Shown one piece after another: positions 12,679 to 24,074 of a DNA stretch of 64,000 nt. Each line of letters opens with the position of its first letter. Positions within the stretch are counted from its first letter, which is position 1. The position numbers and the translations under genes are program-made. The notes under the pieces were generated by a model. The model was not told the DNA's origin, did no database searches, and saw nothing but the letters and a program-made list of their open reading frames with translations. Source of the DNA: Octopus sinensis (taxonomy: Eukaryota); NCBI RefSeq assembly GCF_006345805.1, contig NC_042998.1, positions 58,404,001 to 58,468,000 on the forward strand, read 5' to 3'.

Positions 12679-14496
12679 ATATGAGACATTCTTTGTACAA
12701 ATGTTACTTATCTGATGTCAAATACCTTTTGACTTTGAATCAGTTTTTTATTTGCTTAATTTCTTCCAGGTATAAAGTGTATATATCTTGCCTTTGTATC
12801 TGTACAAATTTTGTTATGGATGTAACAGATGTTGCTTAATTATGGAGTTTGTGTATAAACAATATATGTATGTATGTACATATGTATGTATGTACGTATG
12901 TATGTATGTAAGTATGTATGTATGTATGTATGTATGTATGTATGTATGTATGTATGTATGTATGTTTGAATGTATGTTGAAAGAGATTCAACACCACTAT
13001 TCAAGTAATTAGCAATTAGCTGATTTAGATTGATTTAAGGTGAACCATATTTGTTGCCATGTGTAACCATGAATACAGAAATATCCAATAAATGAAATTT
13101 TGGTTAATTGTCAGAATGACTGGTCAATAGTAGTTAAGTTAGTTATTACTAAAGAGAAAGAATGGTTTGAATCAAAGAACTGATGACTGCGCTGCATTTT
13201 GATCAAAGCATATCATGATAGCTTAAAGGAGCAGATGATGTTGCAGTTATGATAAAGAAAGGACACAAGCCTTGTAGCATATATTATACTTTATTGCATC
13301 ATGAATAATGTATTGATGTGACATAACAAGAGGTTTTACACAGAAGATACGTTTTGATCAATATCACATGATATACATTTATTTGAAGCAATTATACTAA
13401 TAGATTTTGTACAGATGACATGACTGATGTACAACTTGGATACTGACAGATTACATGCATATTTGAAGATTAATTTACTGTCAAATGCCACTATATTATT
13501 TAGAAATGATTTGTAACTTACTTTTATATATATATATATATTAAGTAGTTTTGTATTACCAAATCAAAAGAAATGACTGCAGAATTATAAGCACAAGCGA
13601 TCTGTATAGATTTCACATCAAATATGAATAATAAAAGGAATTTATCACTGGTAAAAAGTGACACGAAAAATATAAATCCTAGTGGATGTTGATCCCTGGA
13701 AGATATACCAATCATCATCAACAGTAATGAGTAAATGTCAATTATATTCCGATGGATATTGATTGGGTAAGGAAATGTAATTATGACAAAACATGGAAGA
13801 CCCATAAGTCCAAAAGATATTAACATAGAACTAACCATTTTGCCCATTGTTGATATTACATATGCTGATAGGGCAGTGAGCTGGCAGGATCTTTAGCTTT
13901 CTGGGAGAATGCTTAGTGGCATTTCATCCATCTTTATATTTTGAGTTCAAATCCTACTGAGGCCAGCTTTGCCTTTCATCCTCTCAGGGTCGATAAAATA
14001 TGTACAAGTTGAGCACTGGGGTTGATGTAATTGATTAACTCCTACTCCTAAATTGCTGGCCTTGTGCTAAAACTTGAAACTGATATTACATATACTGATG
14101 GCATTAAATATATGGGCATCATTACATAAGTTGATATACACATGATTTGATATAGAATTCGTTGATATATTTACAACTATTCACATCCTCAAATCTGTCT
14201 GGTTCACAAAAATATTTACAAAAAACAGAAAAATACTGGACCCATTTCTTTGCTCTGTAATCTAATGAATATAATTATGATTTGTATTACACACACACAC
14301 GCACACACACACACAGATATGCAGACACAAGCACATTACCACTCATACTTTTACAACTCTGTGATAGTATATAATATATTTGATTCAATTCAATCAGAAT
14401 TTTTTGCTAGAGTTTATCTGGAATTCAGAATTACATATCTTCACTGTTCCCATACTGCAATTGTAAAAATACACAAGTGTGTGTGTGTGTGTGTGG

Positions 14497-14597
14497 TTTG
14501 TTGGCAGTGATTTCAAAGTTTTGTCAGTGGTTGGCCTTGTCAGTATGCGGTCTGACAAGGAAAGCACTGGTGGAACTTCAAAGTCACTGCCAATAAA
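14497..14597 (+). other. 101-nt imperfect hairpin (pre-miRNA-like, or a tiny fold-back)
   Basis: Hand pairing gives about a 47-position stem with an 8-nt loop (TATGCGGT), a perfect 9-bp top (CCTTGTCAG/CTGACAAGG) and six G-U wobbles on the plus strand. Confidence 0.5.
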
Positions 14598-14879
14598 GTT
14601 ATTAAAAGTATCCAAAACTACACTTGTGATGAATTCCTTTTCCAGTTAATGTTAACAGATGTTATGCTTGTAAAATAAAAACCATATTTTAACTTACACA
14701 TCAATACCAAGCCTTAACAGAGAGATCAATGCTTTGCAAGAGGGATGCTTATATAAGTAATGTAAAAGTGATTGCAACACTAGTAGAACTGCTTGCTATT
14801 AAAACATATGCATACATACATATACATATAGGAGTAAATGTAAGGATAAGCAAGTTAGGTAGGATGATATACAAGGTAT

Positions 14880-15245
14880 CACCATCATCATCATCATCAT
14901 CATAATCATCATCATCATCATCGTTTAAGATCTGCTTTCCATGCTGGCGTGGGTTGGATGGTTTGGCTGTGGACTGGCAAGCCAGCAGGGTACACCAGGC
15001 TCCAATCTGATCTGGCAAGGTTTCTACAGCTGGATGCCCTTCCTAATGCCAATCACTCTGAGAGTGGTGTAGTGGGTGCTTTTTACAAGCCACTGGCATG
15101 AGGCCAGTCAGGTGGAACTGGTATTGACCATGCTCGAATGGTGCTTTTTACGTGCCACTGGCACAGGAGCCAGTCAGGCAGCACTGGCATTGACCACGCA
15201 CATATGGTGCTTTTTACATACCACTAGCATGGGCATACCATGCTT
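14880..15245 (-). mobile_element. Family C copy with ~2.5 internal units
   Basis: (CAT)n tail on the plus strand and ggatgcccttcct. Other copies at about 5625-5880(+), 16416-16975(+), 30770-31035(-), 33110-33260(+), 34839-35085(+), 49295-49480(-), 50005-50160(-) and 55780-56040(-). Confidence 0.78.
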
Positions 15246-15479
15246 AGATACAAAAAGGTCCATCTTACACAATAGAAATGGACATCAAGAATAAATTCTT
15301 GATGTTATTTCTGTTCTGTGTAAGTCAGATTTTTTTGTATGTAAACAAACATACATTTTTTCTTTGTATATTGACCTGCCTAACTTTCTTATCCTTACAT
15401 TTACTCCTCTACTTGCTCAAGTTTAAATCTCTTGAGCACTACGAAGTGTATTCTATATGGAAAAGATCTGATTCTCATT

Positions 15480-15660
15480 TATAAACTATGTATATAGTTG
15501 GAATTTATAGAAAAACAAAAGACGAAGACAGGTGTATAAACAACAAAAAGGTGCATTAGTTTAATGCTCAGGAAGGTGAGAAAGTCTTTTGTTTCGAGCC
15601 TATGCTCTTCAACAGAAAGGAATAGGAGAAAATAAACAGAGAGAGAATTTAAAAAAAGCT
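15480..15660 (-). mobile_element. Penelope-like terminal repeat fragment with a hammerhead-like remnant (15586-15619)
   Basis: Minus strand CTTT CTGTTGA A GAGC atag GCTC GAAA C A AAAG. Stems I and II are intact, A6 is changed and the cleavage triplet is missing. Same layout as the 5305 repeat. Confidence 0.45.
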
Positions 15661-15756
15661 TAATATATCTTTTTTCACTTGTTTCAGTCATTAGACTGTG
15701 GCCATGCTGGGGCACCACCTTGATTCTGGGTCACCATCTTGATGCTGAGGCACCAC

Positions 15757-15789
<33 letters not shown>

Positions 15790-15866
15790 ATGTATATATA
15801 TATATATACATATATATATAATATATATATATATATAATATGTATGCATGTATGTATGTATGTATG

Positions 15867-15900
<34 letters not shown>

Positions 15901-17470
15901 TGTATAAATTTATATAGGATAAGATCGTTATTTAAATACCGATCTTATCAAGCGGGCAGCATGTGAATAAAAATCTTCAAAGCTAATAATTATTATTAAA
16001 ATTATAATTTACAGTATCTAAGAGATACCAACACGCTGGAAATAGCAGCCAAAACTTGACTCTAAAACCACATTAAATGTTCATACACACCAGCATCAGT
16101 TGTCAAGCGATGTTGGGGGACAAACACAGACACACAAACATATACACACACATATTTATATATATATACGATGGGCTTCTTTCAGTTTCTGTCTACCAAA
16201 TCCATTCACAAGGCTTTGATTGGCTTGAGGCTATAGTAGAAGACACTTGCCCAAGGTGCTATGCAGTAGGACTGAACCCAGAACCATGTGGTTAGTAAAC
16301 AAGCTACTTACCACACAGCCACTCCTAATCCTATACATATATATATTTATATATATGTAAAAGCTGTTGAAGAGGGAGACCCAAGAGGACATGGGATGTA
16401 ATGGTGAAGCATGATGTTTGAATGCTGGGTCTCATTGAGGCAATGACTAGTGATCAAGTCATTTGGCAATATGCCATGCTTGCAGTGACCCATCAAGTCA
16501 AGTGAAAGCATAGTTGTGACTGTTGTTGGTGTCACATAACTAGCACCCATACTGGTGACACATAAAAAGCACCTCTCAAGCGTTGGGCCTCAAGGAGGCA
16601 ATATGGCCGATGCTGGTGTTGTAGAACTACCAACCATGCCAGTGGAAAATAAAAGGCATTTTTCAAGTGCTGGGCTTCCCAGAAGCAACAAAAAATGATC
16701 GAGACCTTTCGAGAAGAAAGATCCATCAAGCTGGGTGAAATCTTAGTCAAGGCAGATACTGGTGTCACACAACTGGTACCCTTGCTGGTGGCATGTAAAA
16801 GCACTTATTACAGTCTTAGAGTAGTCGGCATTAGGAAGGGCATCCAGCCATAGCAACCATCCCAAATCAGACTGGAATCTGGTGCAGCCCCTCAGCTTAC
16901 CAACCCTGGTCAAACTGTCCAACCCATACCAGCATAGACAATTGATGCTAAATGATGATGATGATGATGATATATATATATGTGTATATATATATATATA
17001 GAGAGAGAGAGTAATTCGCATTTTCCTGTATTCATTTCAATAGAGTGGTATTCTGTGAACCAGTGTGAAACCATCTTCTATTGCTCATGCATTTTGAATG
17101 AGCATATTTGGCTCACGTTTCCAATAAAACACTACCTGTCAGAAATGACAGTCAATTATTGTCTTTAAACAACTTTAAACCTCTTTATTACAACTGCTTG
17201 CATTTCTAATAATATTTTTGTGTGAACAAGTTGTGAAGGGGGAAACACAACAACTTATTTAAATTCTCATCAATCTAAATCTACATTCTGATTTTCAATT
17301 TCTAGTTCAGTTAGATTCTTGAGGCTTTTTACTAGCTAAATGAGTGAAATATTGGCCATTTTGACTCTTTTCATATGCTTACCTAAGATTGCCTGTCATT
17401 TTATCCAATATCTAATTTTCTATCATTTTTATGTAAGAACATTTTGTACAGCTGCATTCCAAGCATCACC

Positions 17471-17660
17471 TTAACCTTTTTCTTATCATATATCAGTTGG
17501 AATACTCTGGTTCAGTTTCAATTAAAATCCATTATTAAACTGGTGTTCTAAACATAGATCAATTTTGAAAGAAAGTTTTAATTTAGATCCTTTAAAACAG
17601 GAAGTTTGCATAATAGAACCAGAGGTAGTTACAGGCAGGTTGGTATCAAAAGGCAAAGTC
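17471..17660. mobile_element. MITE-like repeat, with a second copy at about 40775-40990
   Basis: Both share ttttaatttag.tc..tttaaaa.aggaagtt.g...atagaacc...ggttggtat.aaaag; left end ttaacctttt. Confidence 0.45.
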
Positions 17661-18474
17661 AATTGTTTTACCTATTCCCTCCAACTTCTTGATTACTTTC
17701 AAAGTTAAACAAAACGTATGATTCATTAGAAATATGGTCATGGAAAAGTTTAAGTTACAAGAGTACAAGCTAACAAAAGAGGCCCTATTCGGTTACTCAA
17801 ACGGCTAAAAATAACTGTAAAATCTCCATCAAAAAAAGAAAAGTGTGGTCCAATATATAGTTGATGTTATACCAAAAAGATAACATAGTCAAGATGGAAT
17901 GCTTCTGATCATAAGTCTATTCAGTCCAGGCTGGTTCAGGGTTAAACAACAATAATAGCAGACATATGTGCAGCTCTCCACCAATGTTATATTGAATCTG
18001 TAAAAAGATTACCAGTGTAGAAAGTCACCAATGTAAAAATTCACCACTGTTGGAGGTTACCCATTTAGTGTGAGTGCATGTAAGAAAGTCCATTTATAGT
18101 GTCACCAGTTTAGTGAGGGTGTTGTCTAATTTATTATGTAAAAGTTGGTAAAAGGAAAAATATCAGAAGGCAATTTTTATAATGAAAATACTTTTTAATT
18201 AACAAGAGCTGACAAGTAGTAAGATGGGTAGCGTGTGTGTATGTGAGTCATGAAAAGGCTTTTAACACCACATTTGAAATGTGATTTTAATGGTAAGGCA
18301 AGAGCCGCTATAATTCAGAGTTAGCTGCGTGAAGGTGAAGGTGATGTGAAAACAAAGAGCTGTTCTTGATGTTGCAAGTTGAGATGTGTTACAATTCAAC
18401 GCTAGCACATGCAAAGTTGGTATGCAAAGCAAAGTGGCTGTTCTATGATGAAAGACAGGTGTTACTGGTCCACT

Positions 18475-20739
18475 TTGTGGAGGCGCAATGGCCCAGTGGT
18501 TAGGGCAGCGGACTCGCGGTCATAAGATCGCGGTTTCGATTCCCAGACCGGGCGTTGTGAGTGTTTATTGAGCGAAAACACCTAAAGCTCCACGAGGCTC
18601 CGGCAGTGGATGGTGGTGATCCCTGCTGTACTCTTTCACCACAACTTTCTCTCACTCTTACTTCCTGTTTCTGTTGTACCTGTATTTCAAAGGGCCAGCC
18701 TTGTCACTCTCTGTCACACTGATTCCCCGAGAACTACGTTAAGGGTACATGTGTCTGTGGAGTGCTCAGCCACTTACACGTTAATTTCATGAGCAGGCTG
18801 TTCCGTTGATTCGGATCAACCACCAACAGGAAGAAGCAGAATAAATCCTCCAACCATCTCAAGCAAGTGACAAAAAAAGCAGTGCTTGAATTTGAACAGT
18901 GCATAGCAGCCAATCCTGACAGCAAGGTTTTCTGGAAATATGTGCACTCAAAGCAGAGACCTCACTCTCAGTGGGCCCTCTTCGCAACCCTCACACAAAC
19001 CAGATCACTGACGACCCCAAGGAATGCGCAGAACTCATTGCCGAGTGCTATGCAAACATATTCACTGTTTAAAGTCAAAATGTACCATCTTCACCATCAC
19101 TAACAGCAAACTCCATAACAACTATGAATTTACACCTGCAATGCTGCGACGTCACCTTCAAAATAAGCGCAACTATGCCTCCCCTGGTCTCGATGGAGTT
19201 ACATACCTGCTTCTCAAACGTGGCAGGCACTTCCTTTTACACCAGCTTTCTATTTTCTTCCAGTACTGTCTCAACAATGGTGCTACTCCGGAGCAGTGGA
19301 AAAGCCAGTGTCATTCCTCTGTTCAAAAAGGGCGACCGCACATCACCTGTCAACTATCGCCCAGTCAGTCTCACTAGCTGTATTGCAAAACTGATGGAAT
19401 CGTGTGTCAGAGAAACACTCTGGAACTTCTGGAGCTCTCAACAGTCCATCCGACCCTCACAATATGGATTTGTCCCTAACTCCAGCTGCAGTGACCAGCT
19501 TGTCGAGTTCCTTGAGGACATTACTCAGATTACTGACAGTGGCTCATGGGTGGATGTTGTCTACCTTGACTTTGCTAAGGCTTTCAACTCTGTGCCACAC
19601 AAAGGCTTATGGTGAAACTCTCTGCAATGGGTGTGGGGGATGACCTTTTTAAATGGTGAAATCCTTCATCCTCAGCCGAAAGGAGGTAGTCACAGTTCTA
19701 GGACAGCACTCTACACCATATGAGATGTCATCGGTGTACCACAGGGATCTGTCCTTGGTCCCCTCTTGTTTGTGGCATACATTAACGACATAGATGCCAA
19801 TTTAAAGAATGCCACAGTATTGAAATATGCAGAACGACATCAAGCTGTACCTTGAAATCAAGAGGACAGATCCTGATGTCACAACTCTTTCCTGCAATCA
19901 GACCTAGACACAATGCAGCAATGGATCACAGACTGGCAACTGAAACTGGCTGTGGACAAGTGTACCACCATGCATTTTGGAGAAAAACCCTGCGTTCACA
20001 TACTCCCTCCACAACACTGATATCAAGAAATCCTCTTGCGAGCGTGACCTAGGCATCACTGTCAGCAGTGATTTGCGTTGGTCAAAGCATATCTCTAAGA
20101 TTGTCAGGAAGGCCGAGGGTGTCTTGGCATCACTCAGCAGGTCTTTTGTTAGCCGCTCTCCAGCCATCTATTTAAAACTGTATAAGCTATGGTACGACCA
20201 CACTTGGAATTCGCATCATCAGTTGGAACCCCATCTTGCACAGAACATTGACCTCCTGGAATCTGTCCAGAGACGTGCAACCAAACGCATACCCTCCATC
20301 AGACACCTACCATATTCTGAGCGCCTTGTTTCCCTAGGCATAGATTCACTGAAGCTCCGGCGTTTGGCGACGGACTTGGTAAACACCCACAAAGTTATCA
20401 ACCACCTCACCAACAACAACACTGAACACCTTTTTGATCTCCATGTGTCTAACACACGTGGACATGCCTACAAAGTCAGAAAACAATACGCTCCCATGAC
20501 TTTCGGAAACATTTTTGTCACGCTCAGAGTTGCTGAAGCAGGAATAAACTGCCTGCGTCAGTTGTTGACTGCCATGACACTGCATCTTTTAAGGCCCTCA
20601 TGCTTTCCGAAATCCGCCGAAACTACACCTGATTATATATACTTTAGATGAGTTGTAGTGCACCTGAGCACTGTACACAATTATTATTATTATTATATTA
20701 TTATAGAACCCTCGTCGTCGTAACCGACGGAGTGCTTCC
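18475..20739 (+). mobile_element. tRNA-headed SINE (family D) split by the CR1 insertion; SINE parts 18475-18820 and 20706-20739
   Basis: A box TGGCCCAGTGG and B box GGTTTCGATTCC. The body matches the intact copy at 28225-28553, whose final segment (ccctcgtcgtcgtaaccg) resumes at about 20706. An 11-bp TSD ACTGGTCCACT lies at 18464-18474 and 20740-20750. Confidence 0.88.
18821..20705 (+). mobile_element. 5'-truncated CR1-clade LINE, frameshifted ORF2 reverse transcriptase to (ATT)n tail
   Basis: Motifs across frames: KVFWKYV, SPGLDG, VIPLFKKGDR...NYRPVSLTSCIAKLME, QYGF, VDVVYLDFAKAFNSVPH, PQGSVLGPLLF, YA-DDIKLY, ERDLGI, LESVQRRATK, TRGH. Ends in an attattatt tail. Confidence 0.93.
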
Positions 20740-21016
20740 ACTGGTCCACTGTCTTTCTGCTAACTAAATTAAAACTTCCTCTTCTCTGCTTGGGCAGAGA
20801 ACTGCCACTAGTATTCATACATGCCCAGCCCTGATTGGCTGGAGTATGCCATAGCACAACTGTCATACAATGCATCAATAAAAATAGCTTTCCTGACTCA
20901 CTGCAAATCCCTGGGCAAGGCATGGATGATTTATTCACATTATACAATAGTGGAATAACAAGTAACAACAGAAAGAGAGAGAGAGAGAGAAACAGCATAT
21001 TTGTATCTGTTTTACT

Positions 21017-21380
21017 AGTTAAGTTAAGTTAAGTTAATTTTTTGGCTCAAAAAGCAAAAAGCAAGGCCATGTAGGGGGACTTGGAGTTATGTACAGGGAG
21101 GGTGTTCATGCAAAGAGTTCAGGCCATTTCTGGTCAAGAGAGACTTTGAACCGAGCAGTTGTCGGCATCTTCACTATCTCGTCCGGCAGCTTATTCCACG
21201 GATCCGCAACCCGGACGGAGAAAGCCCCTCTCCTTTGATTGAGATGAAATTGTTGCAGATAGAGCTTTTCAGAGTGACCCCGCAGCCGACGCTCTGGAGC
21301 AGGAGTGAAGAACAGCTCTTTTGAGAGGTTACACTTTCCGCTTATGATGTTGTGAGCGAGAATGAGATCACCACGGTGAG
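21017..21380 (-). mobile_element. 3' end of a second CR1-clade LINE family with an (AACTT)n tail
   Basis: Minus-strand RGDLILAHNII...LRGHSEKL...FSVRVADPWNKLP, then a short 3' UTR and aacttaacttaactt. Confidence 0.85.
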
Positions 21381-21749
21381 GCAAATTTGTACTCATGGAC
21401 CTTGCAGTCCCTCTAAGAGTGATGTAATTCAAGCTGTTGATATTTATTATCATAATCGTTTAATATTCATAAGCACATGAATGAGATGGAATTTGCTGAG
21501 ATAGATTTTTCTTATCGTTGAATACCCTTCCTGTTTCCATGCATGTTATTATTTCCCCTTGGCCATGTTTTACATGAAAGACTGGAAATGAAAAACATTG
21601 CTCGTATGATGGTGATGCTCATTTACAATCATCATGAGTTGTCAAAACAATAGTACACACATTACACACACACCACACACACACACATGCACACACACAC
21701 ACACACACATACATGCCTGCACACGCCCGCACACACACATATGTGTTGA

Positions 21750-21818
21750 TAGATAGACAGACAGACAGGCAGATAGACAGATAGACAGACAGGCAGGCAG
21801 ACAGACAGACAGACAGAC

Positions 21819-21872
<54 letters not shown>
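21750..21872 (+). repeat. Compound (AGAC)n/(AGAT)n microsatellite, representative of dozens of TA, CA/TG, TATG and GAT tracts
   Basis: Read directly. Other long tracts include 2860-2985, 12865-12965, 34425-34480, 41085-41175, 44130-44280, 45030-45185 and 58590-58700. Confidence 0.95.
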
Positions 21873-22204
21873 GATTAAGTTACAAGAGTACAAGCTAACA
21901 AAAGAGCCTCTATTTGGTTACTCAAACTGCTAAAAATAACAGTAATATCTCCATCAAAGAAAGAAAGGTGTGCTCCAATATATCATTCAGTTTCCACCTA
22001 CAAAATTCATTCACAATGTTTTAGTTGGGCCGAAGCTGTAGTAGATGACACTTGCCCAAGGTACCATGCAATGGGACTGAACCCAAGACCACATGGTTAG
22101 GAAGCAAGCTTCCTAAGCACTCAGCCATGTCTGCAACTATTCGTTTAGTATCATCATTTGCAGGAAAGCTTGGTAGCTAGGTTGTGAAGGAAACCATCTT
22201 ATTG

Positions 22205-22600
22205 TAACCACCATTATTTAACTCTGAAGAAGGTCTTGCCAATGTTTATAGTCCCAAATATCATGATCATTTGTAGCATATGAAACAAGTATTTGCGTTC
22301 TCTCCCCAAATTCCTAAGTTCAGCCAAACTTTTGCTCCAGACTGGTCAGTATGCATCTTGTTTCTACAATAATAATAAGTATGCAGCTGAAAGCATATCT
22401 TGAATACTGGATTTGCAAACTCCTTATCAATGGTCCATAGATATCCTATTTCTCTTGTATTTTTCTAATCACATTAGTAACCAGAGGGCAGCTGATTTCC
22501 ATGACAACACAGTTTTTCCTTGTGGTCTCACACAACAATATCTGATTGGCGGTGTTTTAACTTGATGGCTGTCTTAATTTCTAAGTTCCACAAAAATTCT
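22205..22600 (-). mobile_element. C-terminal restriction-like endonuclease remnant of the same R4-type element
   Basis: WNLEIKTAIKLKHRQSDIVV*DHKEK..VMEISCP...IYGPLIRSLQ parallels WWNVPVKSSIKCKHNRPDIIIWDREKKLCTVVELSCP at 44590-44710. Confidence 0.75.
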
Positions 22601-22810
22601 TTTGACTTATCACTCTCTATATAGTCAACATTATCTGCAGGTGACAAGTAATATTCGTAGCCACTTTAACATAGCTGTCCATCTGAGTGGACTCTACTGC
22701 GATTTTTTAACCACAAGAGGACATCTCCTCTAGCTGGTTAATGATGCACTGCCCCATCCAATAAAATTGCAAGCAGGGGAGTGAACTCCTACCATCTTCT
22801 AGCAATGGGA

Positions 22811-22861
22811 TCAGTAGACCTGTCCTGGTTTTGGGCTATCTCTGCCACTCCTCAGTACAGG
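22811..22861 (-). ncRNA. Degenerate type I hammerhead ribozyme motif, copy 1
   Basis: Minus strand reads CCTGTA CTGAGGA G(T)GGC agagata GCC C aAAA CC aggaca GG TC|TACTGA. It has the CUGANGA core, stem II, short stem III and a GUC cleavage triplet. G12 is changed to A at a CpG and stem I has mismatches. Confidence 0.6.
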
Positions 22862-23177
22862 ACACCTCATCTGCCAGAGATGATAGCAGCTCACTTCTAC
22901 ACGTAATATATTTATATTTCAAGTGAACACACAGTCGCTGATTTAGCAACAAGCAAAAATGCTAGTTGCTAGTCCTAAAACCTAAGAGATTGACGTAGTG
23001 GTTGTACTGAAAAGTAATATTTGTAGCCACTTTGATATGGCTGACCATTTGAGTGGAACCTACTGCAATTTTTCAACCCCCCAAAAGACTTCTCCTCTAG
23101 CTGGTTAACAATACACAGCTGCATCTGATAAAAGTGTAAGCAGAGGAGCAAACTCCTACCATTTCTTAGTGACAGGA

Positions 23178-23228
23178 CCAGTAGATCAGTAGAGGTTTCA
23201 GGCCATTTCTGCCACTCCTCAGTACTGG
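23178..23228 (-). ncRNA. Degenerate type I hammerhead ribozyme motif, copy 2
   Basis: Minus strand reads CCAGTA CTGAGGA G(T)GGC agaaatg GCC t GAAA CC tctact GA TC|TACTGG. It has a perfect 6-bp stem I (CCAGTA/TACTGG) and intact CUGAGGA and GAAA. C11.1 is changed to T at a CpG, and the triplet is AUC with one stem III mismatch. Confidence 0.62.
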
Positions 23229-23289
23229 ACACCTTGTTGATCTCTTAGAAAGATTTTAGAACTAGCATTTTTTTTGTGTGTATAGATGT

Positions 23290-23990
23290 TTTCATTTTTT
23301 TTTCTGTGCTATTTTCCATGTGCTATTTTCAAAAATGCATATCTGGACCCATCAAATTTCATTCCAATATTTGTAGAAAATCGGGTAATGTGATCCAGAT
23401 ATTATTTTATGTGATTTGATATTTGAGTCATACAGCTTCAGGTAATAAAAAATTGAGATACTTCTGGATGTATTTCTATGGTCACTATGTTTTGTGAGCA
23501 GCTATGACAGTGGATTTAATGAGAGAATGAAGAGCAACACCAACGGACTATCACTCTGAAAGATGCATTTTTGTAGTGAGTGTATTCCGAATCAATTTGC
23601 TCTTTATCACTCCTAAGGAACAAAGTGTTATGTCATGCCTTTGTCAGGCATTCAATAACACTTACTAGTTGTTGAGAATTTTGCTAACTGTAAAGCCTAG
23701 ATAATCCACCCATATGGTATGTTATCAAAAGCCTGCTGGTAGTTCAGCCACACTGGTTAAATTTCTATAATGTTTTACTGTTGCTTTTTTTTTTAACCCA
23801 GGGCATCTTGTTAATCAGTAGCTGATGTATACAGCCTCACACTTTCTTAGGTGGCACAATGATCCTGGAAGAACAGATTGAGGTACCCAAAGTATAATTT
23901 GTAAATGATGTTCTGGCAGGGTATAGGGTGGTAATTTTCAGCAAGGATGGTTTGGCTGTTTTGGGGGATGAGGAGAGTAGTGGCATTTGA
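23290..23990 (-). mobile_element. Decayed reverse transcriptase of an R4-clade (restriction-like endonuclease type) non-LTR retrotransposon
   Basis: Manual minus-strand translation gives NYHPIPCQNIIYKLY, CIHQLLINK, WLNYQQAFDNIPYGWII and CIFQSDSPLVLLFILSLNPLS, with stops and frameshifts. Confidence 0.75.
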
Positions 23991-24074
23991 TACTTATTGG
24001 GAAGTTTTTATGTGCCTTTGATACATTCTCTATACAACCATAAGAGATTACACATATAAAAGATGAAATTCTTC

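Larger units (their letters stand above)
22646..23234 (-). repeat. Two diverged ~222-bp direct repeats (22646-22867 and 23012-23234) with a 144-bp spacer; retrozyme- or Penelope-LTR-like
   Basis: Both repeats share the ends aagtaatatt.gtagccacttt and tcctcagtac.ggacacct, offset 366-367 nt, and each starts with a hammerhead on the minus strand. Confidence 0.75.

Noticed and set aside
16585-16610. GG-CCTC..GAGG-CAA in family C resembles the P4 and J4/2 of HDV-like ribozymes
   Set aside because: I could not find matching P1, P2 and P3 strands upstream.
18476-18550. tRNA-like A and B boxes here and at 10814, 28231 and 47407
   Set aside because: No complete cloverleaf, and each continues into a SINE body; these are SINE heads, not tRNA genes.
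21017-21037. (GTTAA)n as a telomere-like tract
   Set aside because: It sits exactly at the 3' end of a minus-strand CR1 and is its tail.
17750-21965. ~100-bp direct repeats at about 17750 and 21875 bracketing the SINE/CR1 nest, as if LTRs
   Set aside because: They look like two fragments of a dispersed repeat with relatives near 42350 and 49220; no TG..CA ends, PBS or TSD.
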